Positions 41,761-53,678 of a DNA stretch of 64,000 bases are shown here, one piece after another. A program made the translations under genes and the position numbers. The notes beneath the pieces were generated by a model. The model had not been told where the DNA came from, made no database searches, and saw only the letters and a list, made by a program, of their open reading frames with translations. The stretch comes from Macrostomum hystrix (taxonomy: Eukaryota; Animalia; Platyhelminthes): assembly GCA_950097015.1 (NCBI GenBank), contig CATNEN010000011.1, forward strand, positions 4,960,001-5,024,000. The letters are read 5' to 3'. Numbering within the stretch: position 1 is the first letter of the stretch; every line of letters begins with the position of its first letter.

Positions 41761-42483
41761 ATGCAAACCGGAGCCGCCAGTCGCGCGCGTCGTCGAGCGG
41801 ACGCCGAGCTGCAGTCAGCCGAGTACCGCAACGGCTATCCGAACGCGCCGCCATCAGCCAGCCGCGACATCTGGCACTTCTACAACAATCAAATCGAGTC
41901 AGAGCCAGACGGCGACTACATTGATGTCATCCTGGAGCGGTGGAAGGGAGACTACGACCTGCTGGAGCGGCACCACGGCTACATTCAGTGGCTGTTTCCG
42001 CTGCGCGAGCCTGGCATCAACTGGCACGCGAGCGTCCTGTCGGCTCGAGAGGCTCGCCAGATTTCGGCCAACGCCGAATGCCGGCAGCGCGTCATCTCCG
42101 CCTACAAGCTGATGCTGGATTTCTACGGATTCCAGTTGGCTGACGAGTCCACGGGAGCGGTGACACCGGCAGACAATTTCCAGGCTAGGATAGGCTTTCT
42201 GAACACCTCTGGGCATAATTATCTGCGCATTAGCCGCATTTTGAAGTCTTTAGGCGAGTTCGGCTTCGAGCACTACAAAGCGCCTTGGATTAAAGCTCTG
42301 GTCATGCTGTGCTTCAACGGCCAGAAGCCGCCACTGAGGCGCGCTCAATCCGCCTGCGAATTCCACTGGGTTTACACGCTGAAGAATGACGCCGAGCGTC
42401 AGGAACTGCTGAATTTAATCGACAGCTTGACAGCAGTACCGACTCAGGGAACCAATCGTCAGGAAGAGGCAATGCAAGACTAA
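41761..42483 (+). CDS. OGFR: Opioid growth factor receptor-like protein (OGFr_N domain only), intronless, 240 aa
   Basis: LLERHHGYIQWLFPLREPGINWHA, AYKLMLDFYG and HNYLRISRILKSLGEFG match OGFR/OGFRL1 conserved blocks. Confidence 0.9.
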   Translation: MQTGAASRARRRADAELQSAEYRNGYPNAPPSASRDIWHFYNNQIESEPDGDYIDVILERWKGDYDLLERHHGYIQWLFPLREPGINWHASVLSAREARQISANAECRQRVISAYKLMLDFYGFQLADESTGAVTPADNFQARIGFLNTSGHNYLRISRILKSLGEFGFEHYKAPWIKALVMLCFNGQKPPLRRAQSACEFHWVYTLKNDAERQELLNLIDSLTAVPTQGTNRQEEAMQD

Positions 42484-43239
42484 ATTGAAAGCTGAGCAAG
42501 CAGTAAATTTATCAATGCGTTTGTGTGATTCTTGGAAAGTACTTTTTAGCCTGTCTTATCTGCTAGACACGAAACTGTCTATCTTTCAAATCACGATTTT
42601 AACAGATTTTTTACTGCAAAATAAAAACATATCGCGTCAATATTTTTAATAAAAAATTGAACTTGTAAATGTCTTGCTTGTCAAATTGTGTACTTTTATT
42701 CAATCGAGCCGAATGTTGGCATTTTTTACCGAATGGTTGGATTTATTTAAGCGCACGAATATTGTGCTTCGTTCGCGAGTAGCAATACATAATACATATA
42801 AACTAGTTCAGAAACCTGGGTTGTGCGAAGAAAATAAACACCTTATATTTAAACTGAAGTTCAATTTACACAGCTTGTTTTGTCCAGCAAAAATTAGGTG
42901 CAGTGAGGTAAATAAATTACGTACGAGACGATTGTGACCGGCTATCAATTGGGAGAAAAAAATAGACGAAATCGATTGGCATCTGATATAGTCTACTAAT
43001 AGTAGAGCTCTCAACTCAATATGTACGAACATTTAGGTGCGGCTTACAAGTTGTTGATTCATTCGATGTGAGGCACTGTGCACAGCAACAAAAACCTGGG
43101 AAGACGCATTTTATGCCGTAATTTGATGTGAGCAGTCAAGAAGAAAAACTTTCTTCAAAAACTAAACTAATCTAAATCATTCAAATCATTCTAAATCAGG
43201 GTTTACATTACAAACGGAACATCAATCTTCCTTCAGGGC

Positions 43240-44090
43240 TTCTTGAAGCCATTCCTTCAGGATCAATCCACTCATCCTTCAGGGTTGCTTGATCCAATTC
43301 CTTCAGGTTTGCTGGACCACATTCCTTCAGGGTCAATCAACTCATCCTTCAGGGTTGCTGGACCCCATTCCTTCAGGATTAATCAACTCATCCATCAGGG
43401 TTGCTGGACTTCATTCCCTCAGGGTCAATCTACTCATCCTTCAGGATCAATACGCTCATCCTTCAGGGTCAATCCACTCATCCTTCAGAGTTGCTGGACC
43501 CCAGTCCTTCAGGATCAATCCACTCATCCTTCAGGGTCAATCCACTCATCCTTCAGGGTTGCTGGACCCAATTCCTTCAGGATCAATCCACTCATCCTTC
43601 AGGTTTGCTGGACCTCATTCCTTCACGGTCAATCCACTCATCCTTCAGGATCAATACACTCATCCTTCAGGATCAATACACTCATCCTTCAGGTTTGCTG
43701 GACCCCATTCCTTCAGGATAAATCCACTCATCCTTCAGGGTTGCTGGACCCCATTCCTTCAGGATAAATCCACTCATCCTTCAGCGTTGCTGGACCCCAT
43801 TCCTTCAGGATCAATCCACTCATCCTTCATGATCAATCCACTCATCCTTCAGGATCAATCCACGCATCCTTCAGGATCAATCCACTCATCCTTCAGGATC
43901 AATCAACTCACCCTTCAGGATTGCTGGACCCAACTCCTTCAGGATCAATTTTTTCATCTTTCAGGGTTGCTTGACACGTTTCCTTCAGGACTGCTGACCC
44001 AATTACTTCAGGGTCAATCCTTCAGGACTGCTGACCCAATTCCTTCAGGGTCAATCCTTCAGGACTGCTGACCCAATTACTGCAGGTTCA
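43240..44090. repeat. Composite 22/24-bp minisatellite (TCCTTCAGGGTCAATCCACTCA / TCCTTCAGGGTTGCTGGACCCCAT)
   Basis: Two unit types share a TCCTTCAGG core. Confidence 0.9.
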
Positions 44091-44954
44091 ATCCAATTAT
44101 TCTTCATGGCTGCTTGAGTCAAAGTTGTCAAATGAGTAGCTAGTTATAGTCAAACACAGTGTAAAATATAAAAGCAATATAATATGGGTTAATTGTGCTA
44201 GTAACAAAAAGCAACAAAAAGGCGGTGCAACTAAACGAAACATAATCTAGTGAATATTTATTTACTCCGCACTTTATAGGCAAATGTGGTAAGAATAACA
44301 ACTGGTACACAATACCAGTGGTGTAGGCCTCTACAACTAGACAGTCTAAAATAGCAGTGTATAAGGGCAATACAAACAAGTAATTGAAGGAAGAGACGAT
44401 TGTGAAACGCCGAGAGAGAATCGACAGAGAAATCCAAAACGAAAAGAGAACACAGAATTTGAATTTCGTTAAGAAAATGCGGAAATAAGTTGAGCTTGAA
44501 TTGATGGCTAGCAAATCTTACAAGTTTTAGCTGTAAGCCCTAGCATGCAAACAATCTACAATAGAATTACCAGTAGAATATAGAGAAGAAAACAGTCACA
44601 GAAAACAGCTACCAGAGTGTAAAATCAGAAACACTTCCGGTGTTAACTAACAGCCATAAACCGCATGGACACTTTAGGTATTCGCTATACACGCAATTAG
44701 ACTTCTAAATTTTGGACAACGATAGAAGATTTCCGAAACCGAAAAACAGACATTTTGATTATAAAAGCTTAACAAAAATTCTGTTACCTATAAATCTCAT
44801 GCTTACTAGATACAGGAGAGATTGCTTTGATTATTGAACTACGAACTCGTTTAGAAACGAAGTACTTCCATTTTTACTAACAGTAGTGTAGCGCTGTGAA
44901 GATTAGTATTTTAGCTTTTAGTAATAGAGAAATTAGGGGGCTAAATAGTTTTTG

Positions 44955-45285
44955 TTACTCTGCGAGGCGCAGTGAGTATCAGTTTATTATTTTTATAGAC
45001 AAATCAGGGAACTTAAAACTTAATATGTTTACTCTAAGTAGGGCAGTGAGGATTCGTATTTTTTAATTATGGACAAATTATAAAATTTAAAAGTTCATGT
45101 GCTTACTATAAGTTGCACAGTGGGATCCGTATTTATTATTTTAATTATAGACATTTCAGGGAACTTAAAAATTTTATGCTTACTATAAGTAGGGCAGTGA
45201 GAATTGATTTTTCTTTTAACTAAAGACAAATTAGGGAACTTAAAACTTGATATGTTTACTATAAGTAGGGCAGTGAGGACCAGAA
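44955..45285. repeat. ~75-bp degenerate tandem repeat x5 just 3' of the CLIP stop codon
   Basis: TTACTATAAGTAGGGCAGTGAG-like core near 44957, 45031, 45105, 45182 and 45258. Confidence 0.75.
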
Positions 45286-45300
45286 AAATAATGTTATTTT

Positions 45301-48300
45301 CTAATAAGTCTCATCTTGGTTGCAATCGGCGGTGCTGTGCCCGAACACCTCGCAGATGTTGCAGTAGGGCCTTGTCGCGCCGCCACCTTCACCGCCCGTC
45401 GGATCGGCCAAGCGTCGAGTTGTCGGCCTCGGTGACTCGCTGCGACCGCCGCCGCCCTGCACCGGACAGTCTTCAGTCTCGTGCAGGTCAAATTCTTCGC
45501 AGATGTCGCAATAGGGCCGCGGCGGCTTAGCGAAAATAGGGGCGTTACTGTTGGTCTGGTAGGCCGAGTCACTGCTAGCGAAAGCTGAATTCGGAGTGTC
45601 CGGGATAGCGGACAACAGGACAACGTCGCGCTCGAGTTTGCTATTCTTAGCCTTCAAATCCACTATGACGGAGTTGAGAAATTCCAGCTGTTGCTGCAGC
45701 TGGCGATACTCCGGCTGGGGCTCCGGCACAAGCGCCTGCGGCGGAGGCGGTGGTGGCGCAGCCGCGGCCGATTCAAGCAGGTCGTTGATGCGAGCCGCGG
45801 ACTGGTCCAGGCGTGACTGCAGATCCGAGCAACGATTCAGCAGGTCGTCGCGTTCTTTACTGACAGCGTCTAGTTCAGAGCGAGCAACAGCGGCAGCTGA
45901 TTCGGATTGCATCAGGTCGGTTGTGAGTCGGTCGTTCTCCACCGTTAGGCCAAGGTTGGCCGAGGATAAAGACTCGACACGGCTGGACTGAACAGAGAAT
46001 TTAGGCGGGAAAAACATCATAATGACTTTTGCAACCAGAACCTGATCAATCCTGAGCCTGATCAATCCTGAGCCTGATCAATCCTGAGCCTGATCAATCC
46101 TGATCCTTCTCAGTAGATACCCTTCTTAGTAGATACCCTTCTTAGTAGATACCCTTATCAGTAGATACCCTTCTTAGTAGATACCCTTCTTAGTAGATAG
46201 CCTTCTTAGTAGATAGCCTTCTTAGTAGATAGCCTTCTTAGTAGATACCCTTTTCAGTAGATACCCTTCTTAGTAGATACCCTTCTTAGTAGATACCCTT
46301 CTTAGTAGATACCCTTCTCAGTAGATACCCTTCTTAGTAGATACCCTTCTCAGTAGATACCCTTCTCAGTAGATACCCTTCTCATTAGATACCCTTCTCA
46401 GTAGATACCCTTCTTAGTAGATAGCCTTCTTACGAGTAGTAGATAGCCTTCTTAGTAGATACCCTTCTTAGTAGATACCCTTCTTAGCAGATACCCTTCT
46501 TAGTAGATACCCTTCTCAGTAGATACCCTTCTCAGTAGATACCCTTCCCAGTAGATACCCTTCTCAGTAGATACCCTTCTCAGTAGATACCCTTCTCAGT
46601 AGATACCCTTCTCAGTAGATACCCTTCTTAGTAGAGACACTTCTAAATCGAAACTCTAGACTCTTCCTAGTAGAGACCATTCTTAATAGAGACTCCTCAA
46701 TCCTGACCCTTCTCAATCAAAACCTTCTCAATCAAGATCCTTCTCAATCCAGGCCCTTCGGAATCGAGACCCTTCTCAATCAAAACCTTCTCAATCAAAA
46801 CCCTTCTCAATCAAGATCCTTCGCAATCGAGACCCTTCTCAATCAAAACCCTTCTCAATCAAAACCCTTCTCAATCAAGATCCTTCTCAATCCTGACCCT
46901 TCTCAATCAAAATCCTTCTCAATCAAGACCCTTCTCAATCCAAACCAAAACCGCATTAAATAAGAACTTTCTCAATCGAGAAACTTTTCAAAATATGCAA
47001 ACAGATGAGATACTAGGAATTATTTGATGAGATTCTAGGAAATCCACCAGTAAAATTGCTTTGACAAGTGAACTTACAAGTTCGTCTTCTTTAGCCTTGG
47101 CAGCCTCCAATGCTAGATTAGCGGCAGAAAATTTCTTCTCCAAATCTGCTTTAACTGCAGCCGCCTCGTTAGCGGCATTTGTAAGGCGCTCAGCGGCTAC
47201 AGATTTGGCCTCGGCTAGTTGACGAGCAGCATCTGCCGCTGCCGATTCTAGTTGCTGGGCTGCTTCGGCTCGAGTCTGCGAGATAAATTCCCCATTGTCG
47301 CTGCGTCATACGAGTACTTATAGGTTGATGAGATTCTAGATTAGTTGATGAGATTCTTGATGAGTTGATGAGACTCTAGATGAGTTGATGAGATTCTTGA
47401 TGAGTTGATGAGACTCTAGATGAGTTGATGAGATTCTTGATGAGTTGATGAGATTTTTGATGAGTTGATGAGATTCTAGGAACTATTTGATGAGATTCTA
47501 GGAATTATTTGATGAGATTCTAGGAATTATTTGATGAGATTCTAGGAATTATTTGATGAGATTCTAGGAATTATTTGATGAGATTCTAGATGAGTTGATG
47601 AGATTCTAGGAATTATTTGATGAGATTCTAGGAATTATTTGATGAGATTCTAGGAATTATTTGATGAGATTCTAGGAATTATTTGATGAGATTCTAGGAA
47701 TTATTTGATGAGATTCTAGGAATTATTTGATGAGATTCTAGGAATTATTTGATGAGATTCTAGGAATTATTTGATGAGATTCTAGGAATTATTTGATGAG
47801 ATTCTAGGAATTATTTGATGAGATTCTAGGAACTATTTGATGAGATTCTAGGAATTATTTGATGAGATTCTAGGAATTATTTGATGAGATTCTAGGAATT
47901 ATTTCATGAGATTCTAGGAATTATTTCATGAGATTCTAGGAATTCTTTGATGAGATTCTAGGAATTATTTGATGAGATTCTAGGAACTATTTGATGAGAT
48001 TCTAGGCATGATTTAATGAGATTCTAAGAATCATTTGATGGGGTTCTAGATAATTTTCTGAAAACATCACCCAGACTAACCCGATTGAGTTCAGCCTCTC
48101 GCTCCGCCAATCGCATTTCCAGATTGGACACTCGCTCCAGCAGGGCGGCCAGTTCGCTAGCCGTGGCGGCAGCTGCGGCGGCAACGGACTCGGACTTCAA
48201 CAAGTCGGCGTCTCCGCCGGCGCCAGGCAGTGCGCCGCCTTCCTCCTCGCCAACCATGGATTCGGCCATGCTGAATTGCAGATCTTCTAAGCGTTCGCGC

Positions 48301-51300
48301 AGCTCGTCGCGCTCCCGTTCGCTGGCAGCCAGGGCGCTCTCGCGGCTGTCGAGGCGTTCGCGCAGCTCTGTCAAGGCGCGCTCGGCTGATATGCGGCCAA
48401 TCTGGCAAAATAATCAATTGCTCTGGTTTTAGATCTTGAATTTATCCATTAGATTTGGGATTTAGTGGGATGGGATTGGGGCAATATGGAGTACATGAGG
48501 ATGGGATCAGATCAGATCAGTGATACACGCTGGGATGGTATCAGGGGCATGGGATTAATCTAGGATGGGATCTGTGGGATATTGGATTAATCTAGGATGG
48601 TACCAGTGGGGTATCATATTAATCTAGAACGGGATCATTGGCACATGGGATTAGACTAGAATGGGATCAGTGGCACATGGGATTAGACTAGAATGGGATC
48701 AGTGGCACATGGGATTAGACTAGAATGGGATCAGTGGCACATGGGATTAGACTAGAATGGGATCAGTGGCACATGGGATTAGACTAGAATGGGATCAGTG
48801 GCACATGGGATTAGACTAGAATGGGATCAGTGGCACATGGGATTAGACTAGAATGGGATCAGTGGCACATGTGTAGTGTGTGGCAAGGCATCGTACATAT
48901 GCGTTCACTTCTCTGGGTGTCTAATGTACATCAACCGCGTGCATGCCTTTCTCTCTCACTTTTACACCTTGGCACTGATTGCTATTTAACTCGTGAGTCA
49001 ATAAATAAATCGCTGTAAAGCTTCGTCAACTCTAAGTCGCAGTCTCTCTGCCTTAGTTCACACATGGGATTAGACTAGAATGGGATCAGTGGCCCATGGG
49101 ATTAATCTAGAATGGGATCAGTGGCACATGGGATTAATCTAGAATGGGGTCAGTGGCACATGGGATTAATCTAGAATGGGATCAGTGGCACATGGGATTA
49201 ATCTAGAATGGGATCAGTGGCACATGGGATTAATCTAGAATGGGATCAGTGGCACATGGGATTAATCTAGAATGGGATCAGTGGCACGTGGGATTAATTT
49301 AGAATGGGATCAGTGGCACATGGGATTAATCTAGAATGGGATCAGTGGCACATGGGATTAATCTAGAATGGGATCAGTGGCACATGGGATTAATCTAGAA
49401 TGGGATCAGTGGCACGTGGGATTAATCTAGAATGGGATCAGTGGCACGTGGGATTAATTTAGAATGGGATCAGTGGCACATGGGATTAATCTAGAATGGG
49501 ATCAGTGGCACATGGGATTAATCTAGAATGGGATCAGTGGCACATGGGATTAATCTAGAATGGGATCAGTGGCACGTGGGATTAATCTAGAATGGGATCA
49601 GTGGCACATGGGATTAATCTAGAATGGGATCAGTGGCACGTGGGATTAATCTAGAATGGGATCAGTGGCACATGGGATTAATCTAGAATGGGATCAGTGG
49701 CACATATGATTAACCTAGGATGGAGTATGTGGGATATGGGATTAATCTAGGATGGGATCATCGGGATATGGGAATAATCTAGGATGGGATAAGTGGGATA
49801 CGAGACTAATTAGAATGGGATACGAATACATATTTATAACAGTAGAAGCACGCGAGTAGCATAAGTGCCTCACCTCGGCCTCCTCTGCGGCGGCCAGCGC
49901 CCTAGCAACTTCGCTTCGCTCCTGCTCACGTTCTCGCAGCAACTGCTCAATGTGCTCAGATTTTTCCTGTACCACCTTCTTTAGAGTTTCAGTTGGAGAA
50001 GACACTGAGCCCTGTCTGCCGCTGGCCGACGCGGGAACAGCCGCCGACGCCGCGTGGTTGCTAAGCGACATAATGCCTAGTCTGGTGCGCGGATGCTGGC
50101 GACTGACGCTGCCGGCGCTGCTGACACTCTCCTGGCTGCCGTACCGGTTTCGATTCGCGCCTGCTGAGGCTGCCGAAGCGGCAGAATGCGAGACTAAAGT
50201 GGGATTACGGATGAGTTGAGGATAAACTTGGGTGCTAGCGAGACAGAATGGGTTGGATGGGATTGGGATAGTTGGGATTAGGTTCGATGAGATTGGATTG
50301 GATGGGATTGGGTTGGATGGGATTGGGTTGGATGGATTGGGTTCGATGGGAATGGATTGGATGGGATTGGGTTGGATGGGATTGGGCTGGATGGGATTGG
50401 GTTAGATGGGAATAGGTTGGATGGGATTGGGTCGGATGGGATTGGGTTGGATGGGATCGGATTGAATGGGATTGTGTTGGGTTGGATGGGATCGGATTGG
50501 ATGGGATTGGGTTGGATGGGATCGGGTTGGATGGGATTGGGTTGGATGGGATCGGATTGGATGGGATTGGGTTGGATGGGATTGGGTTGGATGGGATCGA
50601 ATTGAATGAGATTGTGTTGGGTTGGATGGGATTGTGTTGGGTTGGATGGGATCGGATTGGATGGGATTGGGTTGGATGTGATTGTGTTGGGTTGGATGGG
50701 ATTGGGTTAGATGAGATTGGGTTGGATGGGATTGGGTTGGATGGGATTGTGTTGGGTTGGAAGGGATTGTGTTGGGTTGGATGGGATTGTGTTGGGTTGG
50801 ATGGGATTGTGTTGGGTTGGAAGGGATTGTGTTGGGTTGGATGGGATTGTGTTGGGTTGGATGGGATTGTGTTGGAGATCGCATTTTTTGGCATGGCGTA
50901 AAGTGGGATCTTGTACACAAGCAATTCAGCTACTAACGCGCTGCGATTCCTCCGGCGCCGACACCGACGGGCGCCAGTCCGGGAGCTTCGTCAACGTGCA
51001 ACGGCAGCACCCGGTGCACCGGAGCAAACAGGCCGTACCTCGGCTTGCAGGTGAAATAGCGTTCGCTCTCTACAGAGCCGTCATTCTTGCCAGTTGGCTC
51101 GTCCAGTTCAACGCCGGCGAACAGGCCTTTGCCTTTGGCGAAGTTGGCCGGGCCAACGAAGCGCAGAGTGCCTGGACGGGTGCCGCCAACAATGACCCGC
51201 ATGCCGACCTTCAGTGGACAGTCCTCCACCGATGCTTCTGATGCTGCCTCTGTCACCGAGGCTCCTGCTGCTGCTGCTGTTGCTCTGGCCGTTGGAGCTG

Positions 51301-52912
51301 ATTCGGATTTGGCTGAAGAAACACTGCCACCCCTTGGCGACGACTTCAGCTGAGCTAGCTGCTGCTCGGCTGCTCTGAATTATTGAAGGGAAGAATAAAT
51401 GAATCTAGGTAGTTGAGATAGGATTTTTATGCGGAATCTTTGGGATTAAATAAGAGCGGAATTGAGATGTGAATTTGTTAGTTACATGAGATTCTTTTAG
51501 GCTATATAGGTGGGGATTGCCAATGGGATTTTCAGATTCAGATAGAATTTCCATGTGGATTCTCAGGGTAAGATGGGATTATCTAGGCGATTTTCAGATA
51601 AAGATGGGATCGTCATTTTCAGATTGAGATGGGATTGCCAAGGAGATTTTCAGATTGAGATGGGATTGCCAAGGAGATTTTCAGATTGAGATGGGATTGC
51701 CAAGGAGATTTTTAGATTGAGATGGGATATTCTAGGGGATTCTCAGGGTGAGATTGGATTGCCTAGGGGATTCTCAGGGTGAGATGGAATTGCCTGGTGG
51801 ATTCTCAATGTGAGATGGGATCGCCTAGGGGATTCTCAACTTAAAATGGGATTGTCTTGGGGATTATCTAGTGGATTCTCAACTTGAGATGGGATTATCT
51901 AGTGGATTCTCAACTTGAGATGGGATTGTGTTGTGGATTCTCAACTTGAGATGGGATTGTGTTGTGGATTCTCAACTTGAGATGGGATTGTGTTGTGGAT
52001 TCTCAACTTGAGATGGGATTGTGTTGTGGATTATCTAGTGGATTCTCAACTTGAGATGGGATTATCTAGTGGATTCTCAACTTGAGATGGGATTGTGTTG
52101 TGGATTATCTAGTGGATTCTCAACTTGAGATGGGATTATCTAGTGGATTCTCAACTTGAGATGGGATTGTGTTGTGGATTATCTAGTGGATTCTCAACTT
52201 GAGATGGGATTGTCTAGGGGATTCTCATTGTGGGACATGGGCTTTCAAATCCGAATGCCATGGTTTTTCGGAATTAGCTCGTATCTCGGTCCCTCGGTGT
52301 AACTAGGATTTTCGCGATTAGATAGGACTGAGAGTGAGAGTGAGATGGCCATAGAAAATGTATTATATTGAAGTTTCGATGGGAGTTATTATCCAGATTT
52401 AGGTGTGTAGAAGGAAAGGGTAGATTAGACTTTGTTGCAGACAATTTTTGCAAAGAATTTATCTACCCCATGAGGTCATTTCAAAGTTTAGTTTCTCACC
52501 CGCCTGCATCAGCCGACTCAGATCGCTTCTCAAAGCTCAGATTAGTCAGCCGGCTAAATAGGCCGTGACTCATTGGACACTGGAAATACCTTACACCGCC
52601 AACTGATCCGTCATTTTTGCCAGTGGCATCGTCCAAGTTAATGCCAGCCCATTCGCCGTCGGCAAATTTAGTTTTACCAATGAAACAGACGGTGCCAGAG
52701 CGGGTCCCGCCAACGTAGATTCTGTCGCCAATGCGAAAGCCCTGACTGCTAACCCCGCTGATTGCTGTGTGACTGCTATCCCTTGAACCCTCGGATTTGT
52801 AGCTGTGACTGTCTGTGCACGGGCTTCTGCGGCCACCGGAATTCGGCGCTGGCATCCTGGTATTGGCCGGCGTGGCTGCCGACTTGGGCGTAGCTAAATT
52901 TCGACCGCTCAT
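45301..52912 (-). CDS. CLIP1: CLIP-170/CLIP-190-like plus-end tracking protein, ~791 aa; exons 52912-52500, 51374-50938, 50193-49874, 48401-48081, 47275-47078, 45987-45301
   Basis: Two CAP-Gly domains (GKNDGSV); [16 protein letters not shown] motif; coiled coil; two C-terminal CCHC zinc knuckles ([33 protein letters not shown]); ends DETY. Phases 2,1,0,0,0 match; 2376 nt. Confidence 0.93.
46105..46945. repeat. 16-bp array (AGTAGATACCCTTCTT) then a 16-17-bp array (CCTTCTCAATCAAGAT) in CLIP intron 5
   Basis: Direct reading. Confidence 0.9.
47320..48020. repeat. 20/22-bp minisatellite (GATGAGATTCTAGGAATTATTT) in CLIP intron 4
   Basis: Direct reading. Confidence 0.95.
48630..49705. repeat. 32-bp minisatellite (GGCACATGGGATTAATCTAGAATGGGATCAGT) interrupted by an insertion
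   Basis: Period 32. Confidence 0.95.
48872..49062 (+). mobile_element. Solo LTR, ~190 bp
   Basis: TGTAG...TTCA(CA) termini, internal AATAAA; TSD CATG (or CACATG if the end is 49060) taken from the host repeat unit. Confidence 0.75.
50245..50875. repeat. 15-bp/pentamer satellite (GGGTTGGATGGGATT) in CLIP intron 2
   Basis: Direct reading. Confidence 0.92.
51590..52225. repeat. 31-bp GAGATGGGATT-core minisatellites in CLIP intron 1
   Basis: Two related sub-arrays. Confidence 0.85.
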
Positions 52913-53406
52913 TTGCACAGGAGGCTACTAGTAGTAGGATTTTGCAACAATTCAATCTTTCAGAGCTCTATTTTGATGTCCTAAAATATTACAATAATAA
53001 ATATCTTTACCTGAAAAATGAACATTTAACACGTATTTATACTTCATAATTTAATTTTTTTATTTACTTTTATACTTATACTAGACTAGAAGGGTTGAAG
53101 TCTAGATTGGGTTTTTAGACTATTGGTTAGTTGAAGGTCTGAGGTTCAATTTACGACTCCGATCGAACACCTGTTTCAGATTGGAAACACTTTTTAAATG
53201 GTTGGATAGTAATACATTAAACTCTCCCATCTTAAGATTGAGTAAACAGGTAAAACTGCACATTTTATGCTCAGGGTGACAATTGACAAAGCACTAACCA
53301 TTCTATATGCAGCATGCTCAGTGGTTAACAGAATGGGCTTAGGTCTCATTGTTTAAGTTAACAAACTAGCTGAGCTAATATTAATAGTATTATTAATGGA
53401 CTAACA

Positions 53407-53678
53407 CATACATGCGCAACACCCTGCCGACCCGGCCGAACCGGCCAGGTGAAATGAGGGCCAAGCAAGGTAAGTCACAAAAACCAATCGACCAAGAGCA
53501 AAAAAATCAAAGGGGGACCAAGGGACAAAAAAGGAAGTCGTGAAGAAAAGGAAAAAGGGGAGAGAAAAAGAGAGCAAATGAGAGCAAACTAAGTCATAAA
53601 TGAGAGCAAACTAAGTCGTAAATAGAGCAAAAACTAAGTTGCACAGCCGACTAAGATTTGGGAGGTTGCGCATGTATG
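53407..53678. mobile_element. hAT-like MITE, 272 bp, 8-bp TSD
   Basis: Perfect 14-bp TIR CATACATGCGCAAC; GACTAACA duplicated at 53399-406 and 53679-86. The superfamily call rests on the CA terminus plus 8-bp TSD. Confidence 0.85.

Noticed and set aside
41543-42112. Cys-rich ORF overlapping the OGFr gene
   Set aside because: Its start derives from the 75-bp duplication and the rest is an alternative frame of a clear CDS.
48990-49050. Possible extra coiled-coil CLIP exon ([13 protein letters not shown], minus strand)
   Set aside because: No donor before the stop, lies in the solo LTR, and the flanking exons already join in phase 0.
53120-53165. tRNA/SINE-like fragment (also ~41305-41335)
   Set aside because: Only a weak B-box-like motif; no A box or body.
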